The notes under the pieces: model-generated
Databases searched by the model: none
Told to the model about the DNA's origin: nothing
The model's input: only the letters and a program-made list of their open reading frames with translations
Translations under genes and position numbers: made by a program
Shown here: positions 1-10,279 of the stretch, piece after piece
How positions within the stretch are numbered: position 1 is the stretch's first letter
Layout of the letters: each line of letters begins with the position of its first letter
Assembly: GCA_024704765.1 (NCBI GenBank)
Contig: JAKMXF010000300.1
Span: 457,019 to 521,018 of the forward strand
Reading direction: 5' to 3'
Length of the DNA stretch: 64,000 bases
Origin: Oopsacas minuta
Lineage: Eukaryota; Animalia; Porifera

Positions 1-1
1 A

Positions 2-1382
2 GAGTCTAATCAAGAGACTGGTGGGTGTTACCAGAGGATTACTAATGACTTTCCTACAGGACATGGACGTGTTGTAGAGAATCAGAATTACGAAGAACAG
101 ATTAGAAGCAAATCCCTCAATTCCTTCTCTAGACCCTCTAAGACATCTCTACCTACTCGATCCAGTAGATCAGAGGATTATGTAGATAACAAAGCAGTGC
201 TGGAGAGAGCTGAGAAGATAGTTAAGATTATAGTTATAGGAACAGACAAGACAATAGGACAAGTAACTAAGGCTTTTATAAAACTCAAACATGAGAGTCC
301 TAGCATATTCAGCAGGTAAGCAGAGCAGGGGATATTTGTATTGATATATAACTTTATGTATTAATAGGCAATACCCACAGATATTCTATGTACCAGCTTC
401 CAGCGTAGTAGGAATGCAGCTACCGTTTGAAAAGGATATTCCGGTACCTGAGCTGATCACACAGAAACATGACTTAGATCCAAAGATATACAGAGAGTGT
501 GATAGCTCTAGAGGAGGAGATATATGGTTCGGACGGTTCATCTCTCATCTAGACGGATGGTATAAACGTAATCTCCTTCTGTCTATACAAGCTGCTATAC
601 ATCTGTTCCCACAGGTCAGATACATACCGGAAGAGAGAGCTCCACAGCTGCTCAGCTTCAGATTCACTAATCCAGACAGTTCATTCTACAATGAAGATCA
701 GTCAATGCAAGCTAGATACAGCCCATCAAAGTTAATCAGAGATATTCTATTCTCATTCGTAAGAGAAGCAAGATGTGTATTCAACCTAAGAGTATATCAT
801 GTAGAGATGCTAGATACTTGTGGAGAAGCAAAGTACACGATATTCTCACAACGAGTAGAGCTATTCCACAGACAGCAATCTTCAGTACTGGGGGCAGTAA
901 AGCAGAGAAGTGATCATAAAAATGTAGCTAAACCCCCCTGTGTGTCAGTAAGGATATGGGAAGTAGCATTCGATGGTACTCCACTAAACTCAGTATGGTA
1001 TCCGCTACAGAGATACTTTGCTATAAGAGCCCTGAATATACCAAGACCTGGAGATGGTTATATTCCTAATCCTGAGAGAGCAGGATTTGAAATTAGTGTA
1101 ACTACATGCATTAAGCTATCTGGTATAGCTAATAGTGTTAGACAAAGATATGGATCTAGTGGAGAGAAGTTCCATCATCACTCATATCAGTTTGAAATCA
1201 GAGCTAAGGATAGAGAGAATCATTTCTCAGTAGCAGTAGATGGAGAAGCTCCTTTCCAGCATCTGGTGAGATTAGTAGTACGTCCTATGGAGAGTGTGCT
1301 ATCAAGAGTATCCGACAAGAAACACAGGAAGAGAAGCAAATTGTCAGTTCCTATTATGACCTTTTGGCCAGTAGATTTGTGA
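2..1382 (+). CDS. PIK3R5: PI3K-gamma regulatory subunit p101/p87-like protein, 5' truncated by the window edge; exons <2-315 and 368-1382
   Basis: An open frame from base 2 splices through a 52-nt GT-AG intron (316-367) into the 414-1382 ORF. Motifs KIIVIGTDKTIGQVTKAF..R/QYPQIFYVP, ISHLDGWYKRN, LIRDILFSFVREA and C-terminal LSVPIMTF resemble p101 (RVVVFGSDRISGKVARAY..LQFFYVP, LGMLDPWYERN, LCLPIMTF) as recalled. PIK3R5 versus PIK3R6 is not resolved. Confidence 0.7.
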
Positions 1383-1465
1383 ATATATTCAGCATATATT
1401 TATATTGTGAATTGAACAGTGAAATATTATTTTAATAATTAATTGCTATAATAGTAAGCAATAAC

Positions 1466-2916
1466 TTACTTGTCTATCATCTCAATGAATATTCCTTGTC
1501 CTATAGTCTTTCTACCTTCTCTTAGAGTAAATCTAACTCCTGTATCAACAGGATATTTGTAATTAAAATCAAACATAACCTCTCCAGATTCTCCAGGCAT
1601 CATCATCTTATCCCCACTCAGCTTTGCGTTATAACTCATCTCTACAATACGAGCTGGTATAGTCATCATCTCTACATACATTATAGGCTCAAAACCTTGA
1701 AATATAGCAGTTTTCCTGCCACCCTCTGCTCCGCTACGGAGATGTATCTTAGCTTTAGCTCTCTGATAGGATTTGAGTTCATGCTTCTCAGGACACATAA
1801 CCATGCCTCTCTGAATTAAATCTGACGTCACTCCTTTAATATTCAGGCCCAATCTATCACCGGCTTCTGCTTGCAATAATGGCTTCTTGTATTTCTCAAT
1901 AGAAGCTACAGTTACTTTCTTCCCACCCTTCTTACCATGTAACATAGCCTTGATGCCTTTCCCTAAGAACCCTTCAGCTAAATAACCCATAACTATCAAG
2001 CCGTGACCTCTGACACTCATATGCTTATCTACATAGAATCTAAATGGCTTATCCATTTCCCTAACAGGTAGAGGTATGTAGCTATCCATGGTGTCGAGTA
2101 GTGTCAAGACTGAGTTCTCTCCTATTTCACTGTTTCTACAAATAAACAATCACACAGTATTTACACCAGAGAATTCAAGTTAAATAGATGCTACCTTGAT
2201 TCTAATGCACATATAGCAGAGCCTTTAATGATAGGAACCTCATCACCAGGATACCCATGGTCATTCAATAGATCCCTCACCTCCAATTCTACCAGCTCTA
2301 TGATCTCACTGTCTGTAACTAAATCTACTTTATTAAGATACACAACAATATGTCCTACTCCTACTTGTTTAGCTAGCAGCAGGTGTTCTCTGGTCTGAGG
2401 CATACACCCGTCTGTAGCTGATACTACCAGAATACTGCTATTCATTTGTACAGTACCTTGAATAAATATGAATTATATATATAAGGAGGTATACACGTAT
2501 ACATAGGAAGTGTTCTTACCAGAAATCATATTCTTAACATAGTCAGCATGACCTGGACAATCTATATGTGAATAACTCCGCTTAGCAGTCTCGTAGCATA
2601 GCATAGCTGTGTTAATTGTAATTCCACGTTTCTGTTCTGCTGGTAGTCCATCTATTTGATTGTAACGCTTGTATTCTGCCATCCCTCTCTCTGACAATAC
2701 TCGAGTTATAGCTGAAGATAGTGTTGTCTTACCATGATCTACATGCCCAATAGTGCCCACATTAATCCATGGTTTAATCTGAGTACTTTCCAAATGAGTA
2801 TTAGAGAATACACGGATTTGTGAGAGCAGAGATTTGAAAAGTTTGTTCTTAAAACAAGAATAAGAGCTCCATACAGATATCATCACAGAGCTAAGAATTG
2901 TAAGATAAATATCCAT
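1466..2916 (-). CDS. TUFM: Mitochondrial elongation factor Tu, divergent; exons 2916-2520, 2456-2195, 2135-1466
   Basis: [39 protein letters not shown] and domain [11 protein letters not shown]. Two GT-AG introns (2457-2519, 2136-2194) join three ORFs in frame. The N-terminal extension resembles a transit peptide. The start codon is uncertain (2940, 2916 or 2883). Confidence 0.92.
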
Positions 2917-3019
2917 GATTAAATGAGAAGCTAAGAACATTAAAATGAGTATGCAAGAAATATTACAAATTAAATAACTGTACAAAGTGTGAGCACAATA
3001 CTCAAGTTAAAATACCGAT

Positions 3020-5413
3020 TCATGGATCTTGCTTTTTATCCAATTTGTCTAACAAAGCCTCTCCCAATATCTTAGCAGTTACTTCATGTCCTTCTTCTAT
3101 CATATTCTTGACTAACCTACCCTCTTTAGATCCGATATAAACCGCAGGAATAATCAAACTATCCTTAGATATCTCAGGGTCTGCACTCATGGTAATCAGC
3201 TTACTATTATTCTCTTTAGAATCATCATATATAATAGCTCCAATTGCTCCAGCATTCTGTGCATTAATAGCTTTCTCCTGGAACAGACAACCTCCCCTCT
3301 CAATTAATGCGATCCTTCCTGACAAATCCACAGCTGTTACGTCACAACCTTTCAATGGGCTATACACAGCTAGAGGACCTCCTACAAAGCTTCCTACTGC
3401 AAGAGCCCTCCCGAACATAGCGGCACCCGCCAGACTAACAATCTCTGTATCAGTCCCCTCATTGAATACAACAGACCTGAAGTTAACATTAGAGTTAATT
3501 AATACTCCATTCCCGTCTCTAGCTGTTTCAGCTAGCTTTATTAACTCCTGCATCAGCTGGGTACCTGCAGCACTCAGCTGTTGCGAGTGAGCACCAGCTG
3601 GATTATATACTAACTGTAAATTCCCATTTTGTTGCTGTTGAATAGAGATACCCATCTGAGTAAGTAATTGCCTATGAGATTCAGATGCTAGGTCCAATTC
3701 ATGAGCTGATAGTTGTGGACTACCTGCTTTATCAGTACAAAGATCTTGAGGCTTCTCATCCATGGTTACAGGTAGATCTCTAATCAGATTCCTGTATAAT
3801 TCGAGGGAGCGTAGCTCATCTAAACACTTCTCTTCTGTTAACCCTAATCCCTTACTACTCCCTTCTTTGGTAGATAGAGACAGAGGGAGGAGATGAGCCT
3901 CCGTAGTGAATATAAACTCATCTATGTTGATAGGAAGATCACCCTCCTCACTGAACAACAAGTATAAATACTTGAGTGTCTCTGCAAGAACAAAACTATC
4001 CATCCTATCTGCTAGTTTCTTACTCTTAACATCTTCAAAAGCAGCAAGACCACATTCTACTTTAGCATATTTCTCTAAAACCTCCAAAGTCTTCCTCCCA
4101 ATCTCTAGATACATAGAGCTCCTGGTAGCTTGGTATAAGAATAAGGTCGATTCTATGAACTCAGGTCTGAGATGGTGTTGACCCCAGTGAACTCCTAAAT
4201 CAAAGTTATATGCTTCAGGTAACACCTCCCATTTATCCACAACCTGCAGGAACCCTTGATATACCCTCCTAGCTCCCCATACATCCCCTGCTAACACCTG
4301 TAGCCCTGGCCAGAATGCAGCTAGAGAATCAGCATATGATCTAATAGGACGTGATGGATTATCCATACTAACCTGTACCATATGCATACCTCTACGTACA
4401 TACTTTTCTATGCTGATATAGTGCTCATTGAACATATCCCAGTAATCGCGGTCTCCAAATAGAATATAGCCTTTCAGAAGGTACTCAAAGTACGAGTCTA
4501 GTCCAGCTCCCACCCCGCTGTCTGTCCGTAGCCATTTACCATTCTCCACGTCTATAACAGATCCTACTAGGTGAGTCTTAGCGTCTCTCCTTAACCATAT
4601 GGAGTGTAACACTTCTTTAGCCTTTCTCTCCCATAAAGGGTTACCTGTGAGGCGAGATAGAGCTCCAAACTCTAGAAGTAGAGTACCAGCACAAGCTGTA
4701 CATGTACTACGGGTAACAGTACCTCTCCCATCTGTACCAACTACTCGTCCTGTCTTGAGGTTAATCAGAGGGTAGGGGATACCTGTCTCACTGTAGAATG
4801 CAGGGATCAATCTGTGAGCTACCTCTGTACTCATCTCTAACAGTTCCCCTCGGTACCAAGCTACCTCTCCGTGTCCTCTAGCCTTGAGGTGCTCTGCTAG
4901 CACGTGACCAGATAACAACCCTCCTAACACCCGGATATTAGTCTCAAACACAGAGACAGAGAGATTAGCATTGAAGGTTACTTGTCTAATCACTCTCCTG
5001 ATTGCATAGCTAAACTCCTGGATCTGTCCCATGAGAGCTAGTGTGTCCAGGGTGTCGATGAGTGTAAGAGAGAAGTTACCAAGAGCCTCATCTACATCTC
5101 CTCTAGAAGGAGTAACACCTCTATTTCTACCAGAACAAGAGAGAGGCATTAATTCATCATAAGGATAAGCATGTAGCATGTACGCGGTGTATGTATGGTT
5201 GAATAGAGCTTGTACTCTATCACGTAGATCTTCCTTATAACTAGAAGTTAGTGTGACATCTGTATGTGATGTGTTAAGAGATGAGAGGTCGTTAACTATC
5301 TTATTTATATGAGGTAAGTCTGCTTTATGATGTAATCTAGATCCTGTATCTGAGCTGGAGACAGGGTGCAAGAGGATCAGTAGGATCAGGACCATCAGAT
5401 AGGGGAGATGCAT
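3020..5413 (-). CDS. EDEM3: ER degradation-enhancing alpha-mannosidase-like protein 3 (GH47 plus PA domain), single exon
   Basis: Signal peptide; GH47 motifs FETNIRVLGGLLS, GAGLDSYFEYLLK, LRPEFIES, LAETLKY, FTTEAH; C-terminal protease-associated domain (IALIERGGCLFQEKAINAQNAGAIGAII). Confidence 0.93.
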   Translation of the reverse strand: MHLPYLMVLILLILLHPVSSSDTGSRLHHKADLPHINKIVNDLSSLNTSHTDVTLTSSYKEDLRDRVQALFNHTYTAYMLHAYPYDELMPLSCSGRNRGVTPSRGDVDEALGNFSLTLIDTLDTLALMGQIQEFSYAIRRVIRQVTFNANLSVSVFETNIRVLGGLLSGHVLAEHLKARGHGEVAWYRGELLEMSTEVAHRLIPAFYSETGIPYPLINLKTGRVVGTDGRGTVTRSTCTACAGTLLLEFGALSRLTGNPLWERKAKEVLHSIWLRRDAKTHLVGSVIDVENGKWLRTDSGVGAGLDSYFEYLLKGYILFGDRDYWDMFNEHYISIEKYVRRGMHMVQVSMDNPSRPIRSYADSLAAFWPGLQVLAGDVWGARRVYQGFLQVVDKWEVLPEAYNFDLGVHWGQHHLRPEFIESTLFLYQATRSSMYLEIGRKTLEVLEKYAKVECGLAAFEDVKSKKLADRMDSFVLAETLKYLYLLFSEEGDLPINIDEFIFTTEAHLLPLSLSTKEGSSKGLGLTEEKCLDELRSLELYRNLIRDLPVTMDEKPQDLCTDKAGSPQLSAHELDLASESHRQLLTQMGISIQQQQNGNLQLVYNPAGAHSQQLSAAGTQLMQELIKLAETARDGNGVLINSNVNFRSVVFNEGTDTEIVSLAGAAMFGRALAVGSFVGGPLAVYSPLKGCDVTAVDLSGRIALIERGGCLFQEKAINAQNAGAIGAIIYDDSKENNSKLITMSADPEISKDSLIIPAVYIGSKEGRLVKNMIEEGHEVTAKILGEALLDKLDKKQDP

Positions 5414-5823
5414 AACTGTATATCGAATCTTAAACTGTATCTACTACAATCTAGGTACACATTCTAATTTGACAAGTATTATAAATTTATAATATAAAAT
5501 ATAAGAATGTGCATATATAGGTAAGTGGTTGGTTGTTACGGAGAATACGAATAAACAATAGCGGAATAATATCTCCTTTGTATTGTAAAAGTACTAGGAA
5601 CATCCATGATTGACAAACTTCATTAGAATATCAAAAAACATACCATATTGTAACAACAAACAACATAAGTTACATTACAGAAGTGAAAAGGATCTCTATA
5701 CAGGTGTATACACATATAAATCAATTTCATCAATTTACAGTAGCACACATTTTAGAAGTGAATATCTTGGTTATATGGTCAATACCTTAAGTGTTGCGGT
5801 CGTGTAGTGTAGTAGATGTGTTA

Positions 5824-8800
5824 TTAAACAAGAGTCTGAGACTCTCTCTGCCCCTTCTTAACAGTTTTGTAAAGCTCTAAGCCTTCTGAATTGATCTTAT
5901 CAACTGCTTCTGTGATATTTGGTAGTGATGTGTTCTTATGTAGCTCTATGCTGTGCATACGTACGTGACGTGCATGCTGAGGGAAGTTTGTAGCGAGAGA
6001 AGAGGAACGAACTCTTGGTGAAGCTAATTCATCAGAAGCCTGTGAAGAAGCTGAAGAGGAAGAACGAGGGTTGATAGAATCCATCTCCTCTACTCCACTA
6101 TCAAATGTAGGTGTTTCTGTTCTCATAATGCTTGGGGGTCTGTAAGACATCTTGAGCTGATGATGTAGATAGGGATTGATGGGAGTAACAGATCTGGTCC
6201 TGTACTGAGATAATCTATGTTGTACAGGGGGGTTACGTCTAACATGACGGAGAGGAGAGGGGAGACTTGAGTGAGCATGATCCCGAGTAAAGTAGAGGTG
6301 ATTAGGATGGAGATGTAGTCTGTGTGTTGTGTAGACAGGAGGCAGTCGTTGAGCTGTCTCAGAGATAGGAGGCATGTCAGAGGAGTAAGTATGATTATCA
6401 TTAAAGTTAGTGAAACTAGTCGAGTAGCTCTCTCCGCTCCCATCGAAGGCGAGAGGGTTAGAGTACATGATAGGAAACTCACCCTGAGAGGGAGGGGTCG
6501 AAGCTGGTCTGGAGAGGAGCTCCTGTGGAGACATCGGTTGGTACAGTCTGTTGGTAGCTGATTTGAAGGTCTGAGGCACTAGAGATGGAGATAACCTCAC
6601 AATTGAAGAGGTCAGCTGATCAACTATATGATCTGTATGTTCTGTTAGTACATCTTTCCCTCTATTACCAGACTGTACTGCATAGTCATCTCTAGTTTTA
6701 TCCTTAGTTACATAAGAGTAACATAGGTGTGTGAAGATGCATATGAATACGAGTATCAACATGAACACTAGCATAGGTAGAGCTCCAAATAGAAATACCT
6801 TAGCCCAGATAGGCAGATCTGTGTTAGATAATGCAGTAGGTGTAGTTATGTTATATTCAGTAGTAGTGGAAGTGGGAGTAAGGGAGCAGTGGGTCCCGTT
6901 ATACTCTGATTTAACAGAGGTTATATTAAGATCATGCCCCTCAATTGTTATATACTGTCTGAGTATAGATGCTGTAAGCAAGTGTTGATATGTGACGTCA
7001 GTTGATGCTCCGCATAGTGTAAGTATAGCAGCAGGATGATTACTGATATAATCTGTATGACAGTAATGCTCTGTTAAGTTTAGTTTTGTCTCTGATATAT
7101 TACATGAGCAATTAGTACGTATCAGCTGTAGGAGAGAATCTTTTATTGGCGTTAGAAGATCTGAGGGTAGCAGAGTACAGTTGTCTATAAATAAGAGGAT
7201 AGATAGGTGTGAAGTGGAGGGAAGTGGAGGAGGAGAGTAGGTTATGTCACTGTCAAACGTCACATGAATACATTGTGTAGCTGTGCGATATAGATCTATT
7301 GTGTATACACAACAGAACTGAGACGTGAATAAAGATCCCTGGTTCTGATAGAATATAGATTGTAGATCTATAGAAATATACTCGCTAGTGATAGTAATAG
7401 CATATGTAAGAGATGTGTTATATATCCATACTGTATCTGATACAAGGAGGTAGTCTGTAGAGAATATAGAGTTATTGAGAGAGCAGGAGAGAAGGAGAGA
7501 TTGAGTAGAAATATTAGTGGCTGTTAACAATAGATTATCAGCTTGTGTGTATAGAGATAGAGAAGAGAGTTTGAATAACAGCGAGATAATATCATCAGTA
7601 AATGCCATAACATGTACACTCAAACTTGTCTGTTTACTACCAGCCTCATTACCAGCTATACACGTGTAGTTACCAGATACGCTAGTAGTTATGTTATAGA
7701 GAGAAAGTGTGTTGTTATCAGAACAGACCTCTGAGGGACAGCTAGATACTCTTACCCACTCAGGAGATATAGTTACAGGGATACTATCATTCTTCAGTAA
7801 GCAGTCCACCTGTAGCCATGACCCCTCCCATAGGAACAAGATATTTTGATGAGATAGCTCTAAGTCTGGAGTAGATAGTGTCATAACAAATAGCATAGAA
7901 GTAGCTGTCTGTCCCTCTGTCATATATTCTACTATAATACTACCAGAGTGTATATCTTGTAAATCAATGAGAGAGATAGAATAATACTCATTCTCTTCAT
8001 TGATACTCCAACCTTTCTCTGTTATATCCTGCTGTGTACTGTTAATAGTATAACTCCAGGATATTGTGTAGGAGCTCTGTGGAGGACTGATATAAGTACT
8101 AATAGTGATATTACTACCACTAATATAGTACAGAACACCAGATGGTATAGTTATAACCGTAGGGTATATGGTAGTTAAATATATCCAAGTTTCTAGAGAA
8201 GATACATCAGATCTGCAATAGAAGAAATCAGGTTGTGGAGTTATGGCTAGAGTTAAGGTAACAAATCCACTAGAAATAGCCTGACTGATATCAGCATTAG
8301 TTTCTTCAGATATTAGAGTATCGCCCTGATACCATTTAACCTTATCTCCTATACACAAGTATACGTAGAGAGGAGAGCCTTGTAGAATAGTTACAGAGTT
8401 ACCTGGAGTAAGCTCTATATCGTTGCTACCTGCTTTAAATCTCTGTATACAGAGCTGGGGAGTAACCTGTACCTGAGTACTGCTAGTAACAGAATCTGTA
8501 TTACCATATACAGAGAATGTACAGGAGTATCTACCTCCTGTATTTCCATCCACTTGTTTAATCATTAGAGATGTATATGTATAGTATGTATAATCAGCTG
8601 AGTTGTAGCTCGTATTCCTTGTGATAATATAATCTAATCCTGTAGACAGGGTAGTCTGTGAACCTGATGATTTATAACTCCATTCCACTGGTACATAAGG
8701 ATCTCCTGTTACAGCACATGACAGAGTAGCACTCTTGCATTCTATCACATCAGTAGTGTTAGACAGAGGAGTTACTAACTGCGGGGTTACATGTACTATT

Positions 8801-9426
8801 ACTGTCAGTATTTCATTGGTTGATGAACCCTGTGACGTCGCTTCAAATGAATAGTTAGTGATAGAATATTGGTCACTAACTGGTACTTCACACCCAAAAC
8901 AACCTATTTTTCCCTGTGATGAGCATAACGTCATATCTACACCTTCGGTACTCCAGCTCAATGCTAAACTACTCTGTAGAGACGGATAAGCAGACACACA
9001 AGCAGATAGTAAGACAGTAGTATCTCCTAACACATTATATCTCTGTGGATTTGGTACAATAGCTATATCGTCAGCTGTAACATATATAACCTGTTCCTCT
9101 CCGTTTGAGGAGCATGTGTAGTAAGCTGAATTAGCAGATGAGAAAGGATTTATAAGTGCTGTTGCTCCTGCAGGGTGTGAGTCTATGAGAGGATACTTGG
9201 TAGAGCTTGTACCCCACTCTACGTCAGGGGAACTGGTACAATTCAGCAGAAGTCTAGCCCCGGGGGGAACACAAAGTATATTCTCTACCAATGATATTGT
9301 GAGAATATCATTATAAGTAATTTCTGATGTAATTGTAACTGAAGGGCTAGTTGGGATTATTTGCGTGATTAAAGTGAGGAGGAGGGGGATGGAGAGGGCG
9401 ATCTTCTGAGGAGTAGGAAATTTCAT
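5824..9426 (-). CDS. Single-pass type I membrane protein with several Ig-like domains, 1200 aa, single exon
   Basis: Signal peptide; repeated Ig motifs (LNC..W..YTC; LSCAVTGDP..W..GRYSC; VDC..W..GNYTCIAGN); transmembrane helix WAKVFLFGALPMLVFMLILVFICIF; Ser/Pro-rich cytoplasmic tail ending SQTLV. Confidence 0.85.
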   Translation of the reverse strand: MKFPTPQKIALSIPLLLTLITQIIPTSPSVTITSEITYNDILTISLVENILCVPPGARLLLNCTSSPDVEWGTSSTKYPLIDSHPAGATALINPFSSANSAYYTCSSNGEEQVIYVTADDIAIVPNPQRYNVLGDTTVLLSACVSAYPSLQSSLALSWSTEGVDMTLCSSQGKIGCFGCEVPVSDQYSITNYSFEATSQGSSTNEILTVIVHVTPQLVTPLSNTTDVIECKSATLSCAVTGDPYVPVEWSYKSSGSQTTLSTGLDYIITRNTSYNSADYTYYTYTSLMIKQVDGNTGGRYSCTFSVYGNTDSVTSSTQVQVTPQLCIQRFKAGSNDIELTPGNSVTILQGSPLYVYLCIGDKVKWYQGDTLISEETNADISQAISSGFVTLTLAITPQPDFFYCRSDVSSLETWIYLTTIYPTVITIPSGVLYYISGSNITISTYISPPQSSYTISWSYTINSTQQDITEKGWSINEENEYYSISLIDLQDIHSGSIIVEYMTEGQTATSMLFVMTLSTPDLELSHQNILFLWEGSWLQVDCLLKNDSIPVTISPEWVRVSSCPSEVCSDNNTLSLYNITTSVSGNYTCIAGNEAGSKQTSLSVHVMAFTDDIISLLFKLSSLSLYTQADNLLLTATNISTQSLLLSCSLNNSIFSTDYLLVSDTVWIYNTSLTYAITITSEYISIDLQSIFYQNQGSLFTSQFCCVYTIDLYRTATQCIHVTFDSDITYSPPPLPSTSHLSILLFIDNCTLLPSDLLTPIKDSLLQLIRTNCSCNISETKLNLTEHYCHTDYISNHPAAILTLCGASTDVTYQHLLTASILRQYITIEGHDLNITSVKSEYNGTHCSLTPTSTTTEYNITTPTALSNTDLPIWAKVFLFGALPMLVFMLILVFICIFTHLCYSYVTKDKTRDDYAVQSGNRGKDVLTEHTDHIVDQLTSSIVRLSPSLVPQTFKSATNRLYQPMSPQELLSRPASTPPSQGEFPIMYSNPLAFDGSGESYSTSFTNFNDNHTYSSDMPPISETAQRLPPVYTTHRLHLHPNHLYFTRDHAHSSLPSPLRHVRRNPPVQHRLSQYRTRSVTPINPYLHHQLKMSYRPPSIMRTETPTFDSGVEEMDSINPRSSSSASSQASDELASPRVRSSSLATNFPQHARHVRMHSIELHKNTSLPNITEAVDKINSEGLELYKTVKKGQRESQTLV

Positions 9427-10279
9427 TGGAATATCTTAATTTCTAGCTAGCTAATAAAAGCATTTATATATAAGAACTGAGATGCTCGTTAGTTCCTACA
9501 TGACGTAACTATAATTAGATGAAAGAATACATTTGGGAGATGATAAATAATGAGAAGTCGTGCCTCACGCTGTTATCAGTAAGGTGCATAACATATATTA
9601 TTAGGGAAATGCATCATCGACTAATTTATAGTCGTGTTGGTTGAAATTTTGCGAAACCAACTAAAATTCGAAGGATAATGCTTCAAGGATCATTGGCACA
9701 TATGACATTGAGTCTGCACAAAGGTTCTCATACATTCCGCACATAACTTAATCTATAATTGGTTTCAGCACAAAAGAAGAAAGAGGAATGAAATCAACTG
9801 CTGGCGCTGCTGCCGAGATGTTTATAGGCAATTTTAAGAAACCTACAAAGCCTGATATTCTCCGTACAAAAGAAATTTAATTAGCAAACAGATGCGATCA
9901 ATCCCTCTAGTTAGAAGATAAACTGAACTCTGCTATCTCCACAGATGATAGAAAGTTGATGCAATAGATGTAGAGTTTCTTAAAAAAAATTAATTTCTAA
10001 GCTAAATTACAATATCATTCACAAAAGTGGTCACTCAATTAAAAGTTTCATAATCATTACATGACAAAGCCTTATTTGCGGAATATAACATAAACCCTGT
10101 TAAAATATACTAATGCAATAATTAAAAGGTATATTCTCTTGGTATATAGCAATGAATCATTAAAATTTAAATATTAACAGAGAAAGTCATTCAAAATATT
10201 TACATAAAATATGTTATACAAAAGTTACAAAAGAAGTAAAGTATTCTAGCATTATTGAAATGCTGGGAATATTAATAAG

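Noticed and set aside
1466-2985. EF-Tu as bacterial contamination, recent HGT or a frameshifted pseudogene
   Set aside because: The three fragments join in frame through canonical 63- and 59-nt GT-AG introns, and there is a transit-peptide-like N-terminus.
3020-3040. EDEM3 ends in KKQDP rather than KDEL
   Set aside because: KDEL is not universal in EDEM proteins, and I see no evidence of a missing exon or special significance.
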